NCBI GenBank assembly: GCA_029856125.1
Contig: JAHQWJ010000148.1
Location: 1 to 64,000, forward strand
Direction: 5' to 3'
Length of the DNA stretch: 64,000 nt
From: Promethearchaeia archaeon
GTDB taxonomy: Archaea; Asgardarchaeota; Lokiarchaeia; Sigyniarchaeales; SOKP01
A program made the translations under genes and the position numbers. The notes under the pieces were generated by a model. It ran no database searches. It saw only the letters and a program-made list of their open reading frames with translations, and was not told where the DNA came from. This document shows positions 1-10,217 of the stretch, piece after piece. Position 1 is the first letter of the stretch, and every line of letters begins with the position of its first letter.

Positions 1-686
1 GAAAAGACATTATCTCCCTCTGTAATGGTTGCTTTCAAACATTAAAGTTGGTAAATTCTGAATTGATTGATAGCGATCACGAGAGGAAAAAGATAAATGA
101 AATATTAAGTAAAGTAGGACGAGAATTTAAAGGTAGTATTAATATAAAGCATTTTGTCGAAGTTTTGTACGATTATGGTCTTGAAAAAATTAAAGAATTT
201 GTCACTCATGACTTTTCCGGATTGAAAATAGCGTGCCACACAGGATGCCATTATAATAGGCCTTCAGAGATAGTTCAAACTGACGACCCAATGGAGCCCA
301 AGAAGTTACGAGAGCTAGTTGCTGCAATTGGAGCAACACCAGTAGCATATGAAGAAGAGTTTATCTGCTGTGGAACGGGAGTTGGAAACGCTGAACCAGA
401 AGTGGGAATGCAAATGTTAGCAAATAAGCTGTCCAGTGCTATAAAAGCCGGAGCAGATGCATTTGTTGCTATATGTCCTGCGTGTTTTCAACAATTAGAC
501 ACAAATCAAAAGAAAGCGGGCACTCAATCAAATAACACATTTGATATTCCAATACTCTACTTAACCGAACTTTACGCTTTAGCTTTCGGGTTTAACCCGG
601 ATGATCTTGGTCTGAAATTCCACCGAGCTCGATTAACCGGTTTTCTTGAAAAGTTTGGGCTTAAAGAAGCAAAAAAAGCAAAATAA
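1..686 (+). CDS. hdrB: CoB-CoM heterodisulfide reductase subunit B (5'-truncated by window edge)
   Basis: Frame is open from base 3 (KDIISLCNGCFQTL); CCG-domain motifs HTGCH, CCGTG, ICPACFQQLD, PILYLTEL. Confidence 0.88.
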   Translation, partial: KDIISLCNGCFQTLKLVNSELIDSDHERKKINEILSKVGREFKGSINIKHFVEVLYDYGLEKIKEFVTHDFSGLKIACHTGCHYNRPSEIVQTDDPMEPKKLRELVAAIGATPVAYEEEFICCGTGVGNAEPEVGMQMLANKLSSAIKAGADAFVAICPACFQQLDTNQKKAGTQSNNTFDIPILYLTELYALAFGFNPDDLGLKFHRARLTGFLEKFGLKEAKKAK

Positions 687-698
687 GCTTTTTTTAGA

Positions 699-735
699 TT
701 TTAATTTTTAATTTTTAATTTTTAATTTTTAATTT
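699..735 (+). repeat. (TTTTTAA)n heptamer tandem repeat, ~5 units; probably doubles as a T-rich terminator after hdrB
   Basis: ttttaa-tttttaa-tttttaa-tttttaa-tttttaa-ttt read directly. Confidence 0.8.
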
Positions 736-759
736 ACATAACTTAGGTGAGATTATTAT

Positions 760-1656
760 ATGGAAATTTTAAGAACTCCAGACGAAAGATTTAGTAGTTT
801 AGTTGATTTTCCCTTTACGCCTCATTATATCTCAAATCTTAAAAATTACGATGATTTGAGGTTACACTACATTGATGAGGGATCAAAAGCCTCCAAGTAT
901 ACATTTTTATGTTTACACGGTCAACCCACTTGGAGTTATTTGTATAGAAAAATGATTCCTATATTTGTGAATGTGGGGTATAGAGTAATTGCACCAGATT
1001 ATTATGGTTTTGGGAGATCAGATAAACCAGTAAATGACTCTGTTTACACGTTTGATTTTCATAGAAATTCGATAATAAATTTTATAGAAAGTCTCGATTT
1101 GAACAATATTATATTAGTTTGTCAGGATTGGGGAGGTTTAATTGGCCTAACTTTACCCATGGAAATGCCAACTAGGTTTTCCAAATTGATCTTAATGAAT
1201 ACCGCCCTCGGTACGGGTGAAGGTGTACCATCACCGGGGTTTAAAGCTTTTCGAGATTGGGTTAATAAGACACCAGATATGGACGTTGGTCGCTTGATGC
1301 TTAGGGGAACTCCAATTTTATCGCCAGAAGAAGTAGAAGCCTATAACGCTCCATTTCCAGATATTAAGTATAAAGCAGGAATTCGACGATTTCCCGACTT
1401 AGTCCCAACTACACATGATGCTCCAGGAGCGGAAATATCAAGAAAAGCTCGAGATTGGTTTCAAAACGAATGGTCTGGGGATTCGTTTATGGCAATTGGA
1501 ATGCAAGATCCAATATTAGGTCCTTCAGTTATGCGTAAATTAAGGAAGATGATTCCAAGATGTCCTGAACCTCTAAAAATTCAAGATGCAGGTCATTTTG
1601 TCCAAGAATGGGGAGACATTGTAGCTGAAAAAGCGTTAGAATTTTTTGGTCTATAA
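760..1656 (+). CDS. Haloalkane dehalogenase (alpha/beta hydrolase, DhlA-like subfamily)
   Basis: LRTPDERF N-terminus, HGQPTWSYLYRKMIP, GFGRSDKP, nucleophile QDWGG, AGHFVQE. Confidence 0.9.
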   Translation: MEILRTPDERFSSLVDFPFTPHYISNLKNYDDLRLHYIDEGSKASKYTFLCLHGQPTWSYLYRKMIPIFVNVGYRVIAPDYYGFGRSDKPVNDSVYTFDFHRNSIINFIESLDLNNIILVCQDWGGLIGLTLPMEMPTRFSKLILMNTALGTGEGVPSPGFKAFRDWVNKTPDMDVGRLMLRGTPILSPEEVEAYNAPFPDIKYKAGIRRFPDLVPTTHDAPGAEISRKARDWFQNEWSGDSFMAIGMQDPILGPSVMRKLRKMIPRCPEPLKIQDAGHFVQEWGDIVAEKALEFFGL

Positions 1657-1682
1657 GGAAATAATGAGATTTGTTTTTCTAC

Positions 1683-2996
1683 TTAAATCAATTTAGCAAA
1701 CAAATTGAAGCCATCTACCTTGTATATTCGAGATTGTACAAAGGTTCCAAAGGCTTCTTTAGCATTTTCAATAAAGATATTTTTATAAGCGATATTTCTA
1801 CCAAAGACTTGATTTGGAGTTTTTCCTTCGTGCAATAATAACACTTCCCCTTCCCTATCTTGCCATTTTTCATTTATTGTAATCAAAGATTCCCTGAAAA
1901 TTTTTGAAAGTCTAATTGAACGTTCTTTGATTACCCTACTATTGATTTGTTTCATATCCCTTGCTTTTGTTCCTGGTCGTGGAGTAAATTGTGAGATGTT
2001 GAGAATTTCTGGTTTCAACCATCTTATTAAGTCAATTGTTTTCGTAAAGTCATCCTCGGTCTCTCCAGGAAAGCCACATATTATATCTGTTGAAAGGGTT
2101 AAGTATGGAAATTCTTTCCTTAAAATTTTTAGATTTTCTGCAATATCTGAAATCAAGTAAGGACGATTCATTTTTTTAAGAACAGCATCGCTTCCAGATT
2201 GAATGGGGATATGCAAAAATTGGTACACCTTATCAAGCTTAAACATGGAAATTAACTGATCAAAATTGTCAACAATAAACCTTGGATTGAGCATTCCTAC
2301 TCTTAAAAAGAACTTGTAATCCAAATGTACAATTTCTTGAACTAAATCGATTAATCTCGTATTTTTATACTGGAAAGTACTACAATCTTGAGATGTCAAG
2401 TATACTTGCTTAATTCCTTGTTTTAACTGGTGTTTTACGTTCTCTACGATATTTATTGGGTTATAGCAATTTAATCGACCTCTGGCGTTTTTCACGCAGC
2501 AGTATGTACAAGAACCTAAACAACCTTCAGAAATTGGAATTATTCCTGTTATTTTTCCTTTAGGGTAATCAATTAAGAAATTAGATTTATCGATTGAATC
2601 TTTTGATTTATAGATGAGATTCGTTTTCCCGGATTTAATTTCTTCAAAAATGAGGGGGACATCGTCCAAATTATCAAGATCTATTATTGCTGAAAAATTA
2701 GGTATCAAATTTTTTATAACTTCAATATATCCTGGTTCGATATGAGGTAAACACCCCGCAATAATAAAATGTTTATTTGTATCGTTCTTAAAACTATTAT
2801 ATAGTTCGCTCAAACGAGCTTTGATTTTATTTTCAGTTTGTTGTTTCACAGCACATGTATTAATTACCACAAACTCTGCTTCTTCAATTGTAGACGAGAA
2901 ATATCCCGATTTATTTAAGACGCTTGAGATAATATATGAATCTGCCTTATTGGAAACGCAACCGTAGGTCTCCATATAAAAAGAATTCTTTTCCAT
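1683..2996 (-). CDS. tRNA methylthiotransferase, MiaB-like (archaeal CDKAL1/MtaB type radical SAM)
   Basis: ETYGC..N, INTCAVK, AGCL, CLGSCTYC, HIPIQSGSD, DIICGFPGETE, TRAM-like C-terminus. Confidence 0.9.
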   Translation of the reverse strand: MEKNSFYMETYGCVSNKADSYIISSVLNKSGYFSSTIEEAEFVVINTCAVKQQTENKIKARLSELYNSFKNDTNKHFIIAGCLPHIEPGYIEVIKNLIPNFSAIIDLDNLDDVPLIFEEIKSGKTNLIYKSKDSIDKSNFLIDYPKGKITGIIPISEGCLGSCTYCCVKNARGRLNCYNPINIVENVKHQLKQGIKQVYLTSQDCSTFQYKNTRLIDLVQEIVHLDYKFFLRVGMLNPRFIVDNFDQLISMFKLDKVYQFLHIPIQSGSDAVLKKMNRPYLISDIAENLKILRKEFPYLTLSTDIICGFPGETEDDFTKTIDLIRWLKPEILNISQFTPRPGTKARDMKQINSRVIKERSIRLSKIFRESLITINEKWQDREGEVLLLHEGKTPNQVFGRNIAYKNIFIENAKEAFGTFVQSRIYKVDGFNLFAKLI

Positions 2997-3160
2997 GCTT
3001 ACGCAAAATCTAAGTGGGTTAGTAATTACATAAATGAAAAGCTTGTAAAAAATTTATGAGTTCAGCACAATTATTTTGTCGAAAATCGTGAGATAATGGA
3101 AATTTTTTAATTAAAACATTCAATTATTAGAATTAATTAATTTTAATTAATAAGTGGATT

Positions 3161-3598
3161 ATGACAAAATACGCATACTGTAAGATTTGTGATAAACAAG
3201 TTGAGAACCCTGTTAGAGAGCCAATGAAGACGTCTCAAAAGGTAGTCTGGGTTATGTTATCAATAGCGACGGTTGGGATCGGGGCGATAATATTTGCTAT
3301 TGTTTATGCGAATCGGAAGAAGATTCATTGTCCTACATGTCGATCAAAAGTACAATTTTCAAGCGAACCACACGCAAAATCAAAAAAAGAAGGAGAACCA
3401 TTGACGCAAAGGGAAAGAATTCTTAAAAAAGCTGGGAAAGCAAAGGAGGAGAAAGCTAAATCAGAAGAAGACACGCCACCAGAAATTCCGGAAGAAGAAG
3501 AGGAAGAAGAATTAACTTTTTGTCCTTATTGTGGTGAGGACATTAAGAAGGGGATTAGCCGGTGTCCTTATTGCCATTCAACTCTAGCGATTCGATAA
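3161..3598 (+). CDS. LITAF-like membrane zinc-ribbon protein with C-terminal double CPYC zinc ribbon
   Basis: CKIC - ~23 aa hydrophobic stretch - HCPTC, acidic linker, CPYC-x10-CPYC. Confidence 0.65.
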   Translation: MTKYAYCKICDKQVENPVREPMKTSQKVVWVMLSIATVGIGAIIFAIVYANRKKIHCPTCRSKVQFSSEPHAKSKKEGEPLTQRERILKKAGKAKEEKAKSEEDTPPEIPEEEEEEELTFCPYCGEDIKKGISRCPYCHSTLAIR

Positions 3599-3724
3599 TA
3601 ACGCCTTATTAATTTCAATATTTAGTATCTTATCAAACACACAATATTTAAATTCGCAAAATATACAAATAACTAAAATAGAAATATTATAATTAAGTTT
3701 TAAAATCTAATAGAATAAGAGGAA

Positions 3725-4501
3725 TTGAAAATGCCAAGAAAAGCTCGAAAAGAACCGACTAGAACGGCTGATCCATTAGACGCCTATAGTACATGGGATT
3801 TACGCATTGCAAAAACTATTTATTATTCGATCATCTTAGCTTCCGTTATAACAATTTTAGGTATATGGTTAACAATAATAGGTTGGCTAATAGAATCAGG
3901 TAAATGGGCTACTATTGAAAGTTGGGGGTTTGGTGCGGGGGTGCTTATTATTGTTGGAATAATAGTTCTCCATCTTTTCTTACTCGTACTTTTTTACGTG
4001 TTATTTAGAGGGGGAATATTAAGGCTATGCCAACGATTATTCAAAGACAGAGTGCTAGCTAGAAAATACGAAGATTATACTACTTTGAGACTTTTAATAG
4101 CAGTGACTCTTGCCAGTATTTATTTATTTCTAATTACGCTCCTAATAGTAATTTTACCGTCATTTTTCGTGGAACTTGTAGCAGATATGTGGTATTTCAT
4201 CGTAACAACATTTAATCTTGGAGAATGGGTTCTATTTGTCGGACTCATTATGTTCGTAATCGTAATTCTGGTATACTTAGCATTTGTCATCTGGAATCAT
4301 GGAGTATTCTCAGTACTTAAACGCGTTAAAAGAATAGAAGAGGAAGATGAAGTCGATGCACAAATCAAAAGAGAAGAATTGAAAGGATTAGACGACGAAA
4401 CTCTTAAAAAAGTATACAGCAAACAAACGGGTAAGAAAGCAGTCTATCGCGGAAAAGAAACTAAAGCATTTCTATCTTGGAAAAGAAGGATGCTTTCTTA
4501 A
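3725..4501 (+). CDS. Hypothetical polytopic membrane protein (~4 TM)
   Basis: Four long hydrophobic segments, charged C-terminal tail. Confidence 0.7.
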   Translation: MKMPRKARKEPTRTADPLDAYSTWDLRIAKTIYYSIILASVITILGIWLTIIGWLIESGKWATIESWGFGAGVLIIVGIIVLHLFLLVLFYVLFRGGILRLCQRLFKDRVLARKYEDYTTLRLLIAVTLASIYLFLITLLIVILPSFFVELVADMWYFIVTTFNLGEWVLFVGLIMFVIVILVYLAFVIWNHGVFSVLKRVKRIEEEDEVDAQIKREELKGLDDETLKKVYSKQTGKKAVYRGKETKAFLSWKRRMLS

Positions 4502-4571
4502 AAAATTAAGAAATAAAAAAAATTTATATTTTTATTTTATTTTTATTTTATCTTTATTTAAATCTTCCAGG

Positions 4572-5498
4572 TTATCTTCTCATCATACGTGGATTTCTAA
4601 ACAAATCCATTTCAGTCTTGGGAGGTATGTAATCAGAAGTACCAGTAGCTTTCATCTTTTTATACAATCTCTTAACGATTTTCTTAGCACCGTCCATGAA
4701 ATTACATGTTAGACCAAACAAAATCATATAACGCACGAAAGTTCTATCTTTAGCGTAATCTTCGTCGAATATCTCAATTTCATATTCTTTTTGTATAGGG
4801 TGGCCATCAACTCTTGCAATTAACTTCTTACCGATATACAATTTATAATTTCTGCCCGGACCAACAACTCCCTTACATAAGATCATTTGAAGTTTATCCC
4901 CCTTTTGTTCTGGAAGGAGAGGGAATGTCCAACGAGTACCCCAGAATCTCCAACCCCTAACAAATCGAACTAAAACTTTTACACCGGGAATTTGTGCGTA
5001 GAAAACTGGAGCAGGGTGTTTTATTTCAAAACTTTGAATCAGAGAATGAGTTATGCTTAGCTCAATACCACCTTTAAAGTTACCGCCCTTGGCTTTTGAA
5101 TCCATCGTTTCTTCCATGATGGTGAAGTATCTGCACACAAGTCTTTTTTCCTCGATAGGACTTTCTTCCCATTGTTGCTTATTGAAAGCAATAATACTTT
5201 TCTTTTCATCGTCAATTTCGATGACACCTTCTATGTCAAAACTTTTTGAAAACCAACGCGTCTTAGCAGTATACTTTAACTGCTGGTGTACTCCTAACTC
5301 CTCGTCGTGTAGCCGAGTCCTCCAAAAATTAATCTTTAATTTTTTATGTACAATTTTTTTTGAAGGTGGTTTAGGAGTCTCACCAGGTTTTACCGTTGCT
5401 GCTTTCTTAGGCGTTGCTTTCGACTTCTTTTTGGGTGTATCTCTTGCTTTCTCGCGTTCTTTCCTTGTTTTCTTATCTTCTTCTGGATCTTGTTCCAT
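4572..5498 (-). CDS. Hypothetical protein, possible Tubby C-terminal/LURP-one/scramblase-like fold with Lys/Pro-rich N-terminus
   Basis: C-terminal YKLYIGKKLIARVDG..EYEIEIFDED..YMILFGLTC beta-strands followed by a hydrophobic helix. Confidence 0.5.
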   Translation of the reverse strand: MEQDPEEDKKTRKEREKARDTPKKKSKATPKKAATVKPGETPKPPSKKIVHKKLKINFWRTRLHDEELGVHQQLKYTAKTRWFSKSFDIEGVIEIDDEKKSIIAFNKQQWEESPIEEKRLVCRYFTIMEETMDSKAKGGNFKGGIELSITHSLIQSFEIKHPAPVFYAQIPGVKVLVRFVRGWRFWGTRWTFPLLPEQKGDKLQMILCKGVVGPGRNYKLYIGKKLIARVDGHPIQKEYEIEIFDEDYAKDRTFVRYMILFGLTCNFMDGAKKIVKRLYKKMKATGTSDYIPPKTEMDLFRNPRMMRR

Positions 5499-5640
5499 AA
5501 ATAATCACTTTTGATTTAAATCTAATTTTATAATTTAATAATTTAAAATTTCTTAGTAATAATAATATGAATTGATGTTAAAAATCTTATTCACTTTAGA
5601 CTAATATAATTTAAAATAAGTTGAAGCTAAGGGTCGAAAT

Positions 5641-7896
5641 TTATCCGCCGATTGTCTTATCATCGAAATTTACTTCGCACTTATCACTGTCACAGAATTT
5701 TTCTCCGATTGCTCTATCTTTTGTATCATCTAAGAATACAGGTTTGAGGTTTGCGCTCATTTCTTCATATTTTTCTTTGGTTATTTCTTCGTAAGGTGCT
5801 TGCTTGTAACCATGTTCTTTAATTGGCAAAAATGAAACGCTTTTTAATTTGTCTTCAAAACATTCAAGGACGTGTTTGATCTGACTTGCTTCGTGTGGTT
5901 GAAAAGTTATTGTTATTGACACTTGATTGTCAGACCAATATTTCTGATAATCTGCAGCATTTTCTGCTTGTTCCCATATAGAAACATCGTTTTTTGAGCG
6001 TTCAAAATATTGTTCGTGCACAGGAAATTCAACTACAACGGTATTGGGAGAATATGAATCGTCTTCAACGAAGTATCCTGCATTGTTTATGGGTTCTATC
6101 AAGTCTGAATTCTTAGAAATGCGTATCCGTCTAATATAATACTCAGAATGAGGGTAATGGATTCCAGGAGGAACGCCTGGAAGGAGGCTTACTGTTCCAC
6201 TCGGCTTAACAGTTGTTATCTTAATACTTCTTGGAATGCATAACCATCCAGAATATTGTTCGTCTAAATCTTGTAAATATTTATATCCTTTCTCACACCA
6301 TTCGAGCATAGTTCTCCTGCCGTTTTTAACAAATGCTTCAATTATTCCTGTTTGTGAAACTCCCATCCGTCTGTTTTTAAGCATTACTGCGTTAGTTTCT
6401 TGCCAATGCGTGTTTACAAGCGTTACAGATTTAGAATACAAATAGGCATACTTCAAAGTCTCTTTAAATTCCTCGTAAGAGTCGTGGCGCGATGGAAAGG
6501 TTTCTACTAGGCAGCAAAGTTCAAAGGATTCTAAAGTTTGTTCTCCGCACGGATTTACGCCAGCAGCTTTCTTATCTTTATAATCTGGTTTATCTCCCAT
6601 TCGAGAATATGCTTTTGCGTTATCCAGCCAAAAGATTCCAGGCTCTCCATTTACTGCAACCTGATCGGCAATAAATGAATAATCTAATCCTTTAACAGCA
6701 AAAACGCTATTATTACTTGCCCACCTATGAGAATATAGTTTTTCTTCGTCTTGTTTAGATGTAATAAAATCTAAATCGGTAGCGTCTCCAAGAGCGATCT
6801 CAGCGGATCTCCTGACATTTCCCGACACAACACATTTTCCTATTAGATTCATAATGTCGAGTATGTCAAGTGAACTTATTGGTTGACCAATTCGAGCTTT
6901 TAAAATTTCTTCAATATTCATCAACATACCCTTTAAGGGTGCTGGACCGCTGGCAATTCCTCCAAAACCTCTAATTGGCTGACCTGCGGACCTGATTAAG
7001 GTATAATCAAACTCTGGGATTTGCTTACCCAACAAATACGCATCTATAATAAGTTTAAGCGATTCTACCCAACCTTCTCTACTATCAGGAATCTCAAAAG
7101 CAATATCACCTTCTTGGGGCTTCTTAATTGTTATTTTTCCAGCACCTTTAGTATCGAATCCAACACCCACACCAAGCATTAGAGCGTCCATTACGAACTC
7201 GAATGCTTTTGAGTATTTTAAATCAATGTCTTCAGTGGAGGCAAAGCCGCAATTGTTTAACGACATTGACCCATGTCGAGCAATAAATTCCGTGCCCATC
7301 ATCCAAAGTCCTCTTCCAGGAGGTAAGAACTTAAAATTCCAGATTTTCTGGTACATTGTCTGAGCCGATCTTTGAGCCTTTGAATCGCTCCAAGGCAAGC
7401 TTAATTTCATACAATGTTCTTTTTGTATCGAATAACAACCTTCGACGACTCTCCTAATAGTTTCCCAAAAATCTTCTTTCCTTCCTTCTTTTTCAATAAA
7501 TCTGGCATAGGTTCTTTTATACGTAATCTGTCCTAATGGCCCCCAATCTGGTTGCTTCCCTTTGAATTCTTTAATGAAAACTTCGTCTAAAGTAAACGAA
7601 ATGCTTTCTAAATTAATAGCACGAGCAAATAAATTTCGGTATTTATTCAATCCTCTTTGAGTGAGTTCTACGCACACTAATTCTCTTATGTAATTAGTAG
7701 ATATTTCATCAATGCCAAGCCCAATTATTTTACGCACGACTTCCTCTGTAACTTTCTCGGCAATGTTTATGTCAAGCCCGGTTTCCTTATTTAAAACCTT
7801 AGCTATGCTAGAAACTTCAAACTCTTTTTTTTCACCCTTAGAGTTAATTACATACTTAGGATATAAATCTCCTAACGAAAACGAATTATCGGTCAT
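5641..7896 (-). CDS. nrdJ: Adenosylcobalamin-dependent ribonucleotide reductase (class II, monomeric RTPR type) with N-terminal ATP-cone
   Basis: YKRTYAR, FLPPGRGLW, LNNC, GNVRRSAEIALG, NPCGEQ (radical Cys), TTVKPSGTVS, C-terminal CDSDKC. Confidence 0.93.
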   Translation of the reverse strand: MTDNSFSLGDLYPKYVINSKGEKKEFEVSSIAKVLNKETGLDINIAEKVTEEVVRKIIGLGIDEISTNYIRELVCVELTQRGLNKYRNLFARAINLESISFTLDEVFIKEFKGKQPDWGPLGQITYKRTYARFIEKEGRKEDFWETIRRVVEGCYSIQKEHCMKLSLPWSDSKAQRSAQTMYQKIWNFKFLPPGRGLWMMGTEFIARHGSMSLNNCGFASTEDIDLKYSKAFEFVMDALMLGVGVGFDTKGAGKITIKKPQEGDIAFEIPDSREGWVESLKLIIDAYLLGKQIPEFDYTLIRSAGQPIRGFGGIASGPAPLKGMLMNIEEILKARIGQPISSLDILDIMNLIGKCVVSGNVRRSAEIALGDATDLDFITSKQDEEKLYSHRWASNNSVFAVKGLDYSFIADQVAVNGEPGIFWLDNAKAYSRMGDKPDYKDKKAAGVNPCGEQTLESFELCCLVETFPSRHDSYEEFKETLKYAYLYSKSVTLVNTHWQETNAVMLKNRRMGVSQTGIIEAFVKNGRRTMLEWCEKGYKYLQDLDEQYSGWLCIPRSIKITTVKPSGTVSLLPGVPPGIHYPHSEYYIRRIRISKNSDLIEPINNAGYFVEDDSYSPNTVVVEFPVHEQYFERSKNDVSIWEQAENAADYQKYWSDNQVSITITFQPHEASQIKHVLECFEDKLKSVSFLPIKEHGYKQAPYEEITKEKYEEMSANLKPVFLDDTKDRAIGEKFCDSDKCEVNFDDKTIGG

Positions 7897-8373
7897 TATC
7901 TTACTCTTTTTTTGTGATGAAGTTCAATTAATTAATTTTATCGGCGTTCTTAACGAAATCTAAATTTATATTGCCTTAACCTAATTCTTAATTTAAGTTT
8001 TTTACTAATTTAAAATTATTGTTTGGAAGATATTAAGCGATTGATTAAACCACTAAATTCGAGTCGCGGGTTAATTTGCTGAATCCATGTATCTAGTAGT
8101 AATTCGCGCATTAGTTTTTATCGCTTTATTTGCATAAGATTTTTTTCTGATTGAGTCGTAATTATGTCGATACTGTTATGTTAATGAGTAGTAGATTGCT
8201 TTTAAACAAAAAATGAATGCTCGATTTATGATTTTTTAATTAGCATATTTAAAAGAAAAACACTGAAATGAATAATAGCATTATATAATATATATTAACT
8301 AATTCAAATTTGATCTGGTAAGCTTAATTAGCAAACCTAACTAAAATCAAGAATAAAAGAAAGGTAAATAAAA

Positions 8374-9291
8374 GTGCTAGATGAAATTGAAGTGAATGAT
8401 GAAGACGATACGGAAGTTCCAAGAGAAAAAATTAAACTCCAGTTTCATTGGTACTTAAGTATTTTCTTTGTAATTTATTATTTATCTTATGTTGTTGCTG
8501 GAATCATTTTTATGTCTTATGTAATTGTTATATTTGTTCCAAATGTCTTGTTAGTAGATAACCTCATTACGATATTTACTAATCTTGATTCGTTATTGGC
8601 GTTTTTAGCTTTACCTTTAGTTATTATTGTCAGTTATTTATATCGCTTACTTACCGTAGGTTTAATAACTCGATTTTTCTGGAAATTTACTGAATATAGA
8701 AGTCCAACGAAGGATGGCGTAATTCCACGAAATATCGGTTCCAAGACCGCTAATTATTACCATATTAGATCTTTTATGCTAAAATACGGAAAAAACGCAT
8801 TTATGAAAGGAGTCTTCCCATGGTTAGCTAATTTTTACTTTAATTTTGTGGGTTCTGGTATCATTAAGAAAGGCTCCACATTAGAAGAATCAGTTGTTAC
8901 AGATAAAAATATAAATGTTGGAAGGAATTGCTACATCGGTGTTAATTCTGCATTATCATCTCACTTTGTAGAAGGAATATTTGGCAATATCGTCTTTTTC
9001 GAAATCAAATTGGGAGAAAACACCACATTAGGAGGATTTAACAATATTGCTCCTGGATGTGAACTAAGTGATAATTCATATCTTTTACCAATAGCGGCCG
9101 CGACAAAACATAATAAAACTAAAGGGAATAATTATTACTTCGGGATGCCATTCCGACGCATATTTAAGAAGAAAATTATGGATTACTTAAAAGTGAGCGA
9201 AGGGGATTTAGATCGAGCTGAGGAATTAAGAGCTAAACAAGAGAATGAAAAATTAAAAAGACAGTTAAAAGCTACAAATACTGAGAACTAA
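8374..9291 (+). CDS. Membrane-anchored left-handed beta-helix (hexapeptide) acyltransferase-like protein, paralog A1
   Basis: Two N-terminal TM segments; VGRNCYIGVNSALSSHFVEG, LGENTTLGG, YYFGMP. Confidence 0.75.
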   Translation: MLDEIEVNDEDDTEVPREKIKLQFHWYLSIFFVIYYLSYVVAGIIFMSYVIVIFVPNVLLVDNLITIFTNLDSLLAFLALPLVIIVSYLYRLLTVGLITRFFWKFTEYRSPTKDGVIPRNIGSKTANYYHIRSFMLKYGKNAFMKGVFPWLANFYFNFVGSGIIKKGSTLEESVVTDKNINVGRNCYIGVNSALSSHFVEGIFGNIVFFEIKLGENTTLGGFNNIAPGCELSDNSYLLPIAAATKHNKTKGNNYYFGMPFRRIFKKKIMDYLKVSEGDLDRAEELRAKQENEKLKRQLKATNTEN

Positions 9292-9308
9292 AAATTAAAT
9301 AAAGAGGA

Positions 9309-10217
9309 ATGTATAAGATTTTGATTGAAGATATAAGTGATTCTGGATCGGATATTCCACGGGAATTAGTTCACTTCCAGTATCATAAATACATGGCATT
9401 TTTCTTTGCTATCTATGTTGGTTCTTATTTAGTGCCAGTCATAGTTCTAATGTTTTACCTCTTCCTAATCTTAAAACCCTTGTTCTTTGCAGTAGAAAGT
9501 TTTATTATTATCCTTACGAGTTTTGATTCTTTAATAGTTTTTTTAACCATTCCACTTGTGGTTATTATATTCTATTTATCTCACCTATTTTTCTTAGGAG
9601 TGTTTACCCGAATCTTATGGAGGTACACTGAAAAGAAGAGTCCTACGAAGGACGGTATAATTCCTCGCGATATACAGTCAAAAACGGCAGATTTTTACCA
9701 CTACAGAAGTTTCATGATTAAATACGGAAAGAACGCTTTCATGAAAGGATTTTTCCCTTGGTTGGTTAATTGGTTTCTTAATTTTGTGGGTGCTGGTGTT
9801 GTAGATAAAGGCACAACATTTGAAGAATCGGTACTTAACGATAGAAATATAATCGTAGGGAAAAATTGCTATATAGGTGTAAACTCCACGCTATGTACTC
9901 ACGTAGTAGAGGGGATCTTCGGAAATATTATTTACTTTAAAATTGTATTAGGGGAAAATGTCACCCTTGGCGGATTCAATCAAATTGGACCCGGGGGCGA
10001 TTTAAAAGAAAATTCTTTCTTATTACCAATGGCCGCCGCAACAAAATTTAATACAACGAAGGGAGATAATTACTACTTCGGGATGCCATTACGTCGCATA
10101 TTTAAGAAGAAAATTATGAATTATTTAAAATTAAGCGAAGATGATTTATCTCGATCTGAAGAATTAAGAGTTAGACGAGAAGAAGAAAAATTAGGAAAAC
10201 ACAATAAAGTGAACTAA
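9309..10217 (+). CDS. Membrane-anchored LbetaH acyltransferase-like protein, paralog A2 (true start possibly TTG 9321)
   Basis: Same architecture as A1 and A3; VGKNCYIGVNSTLCTHVVEG. Confidence 0.75.
   Translation: MYKILIEDISDSGSDIPRELVHFQYHKYMAFFFAIYVGSYLVPVIVLMFYLFLILKPLFFAVESFIIILTSFDSLIVFLTIPLVVIIFYLSHLFFLGVFTRILWRYTEKKSPTKDGIIPRDIQSKTADFYHYRSFMIKYGKNAFMKGFFPWLVNWFLNFVGAGVVDKGTTFEESVLNDRNIIVGKNCYIGVNSTLCTHVVEGIFGNIIYFKIVLGENVTLGGFNQIGPGGDLKENSFLLPMAAATKFNTTKGDNYYFGMPLRRIFKKKIMNYLKLSEDDLSRSEELRVRREEEKLGKHNKVN

Noticed and set aside
7897-8373. Long intergenic region upstream of nrdJ: cobalamin riboswitch or NrdR box, and a 31-aa ORF at 8016-8111 (-)
   Set aside because: No B12-box or convincing NrdR palindrome seen; the ORF has no motif or paralog support
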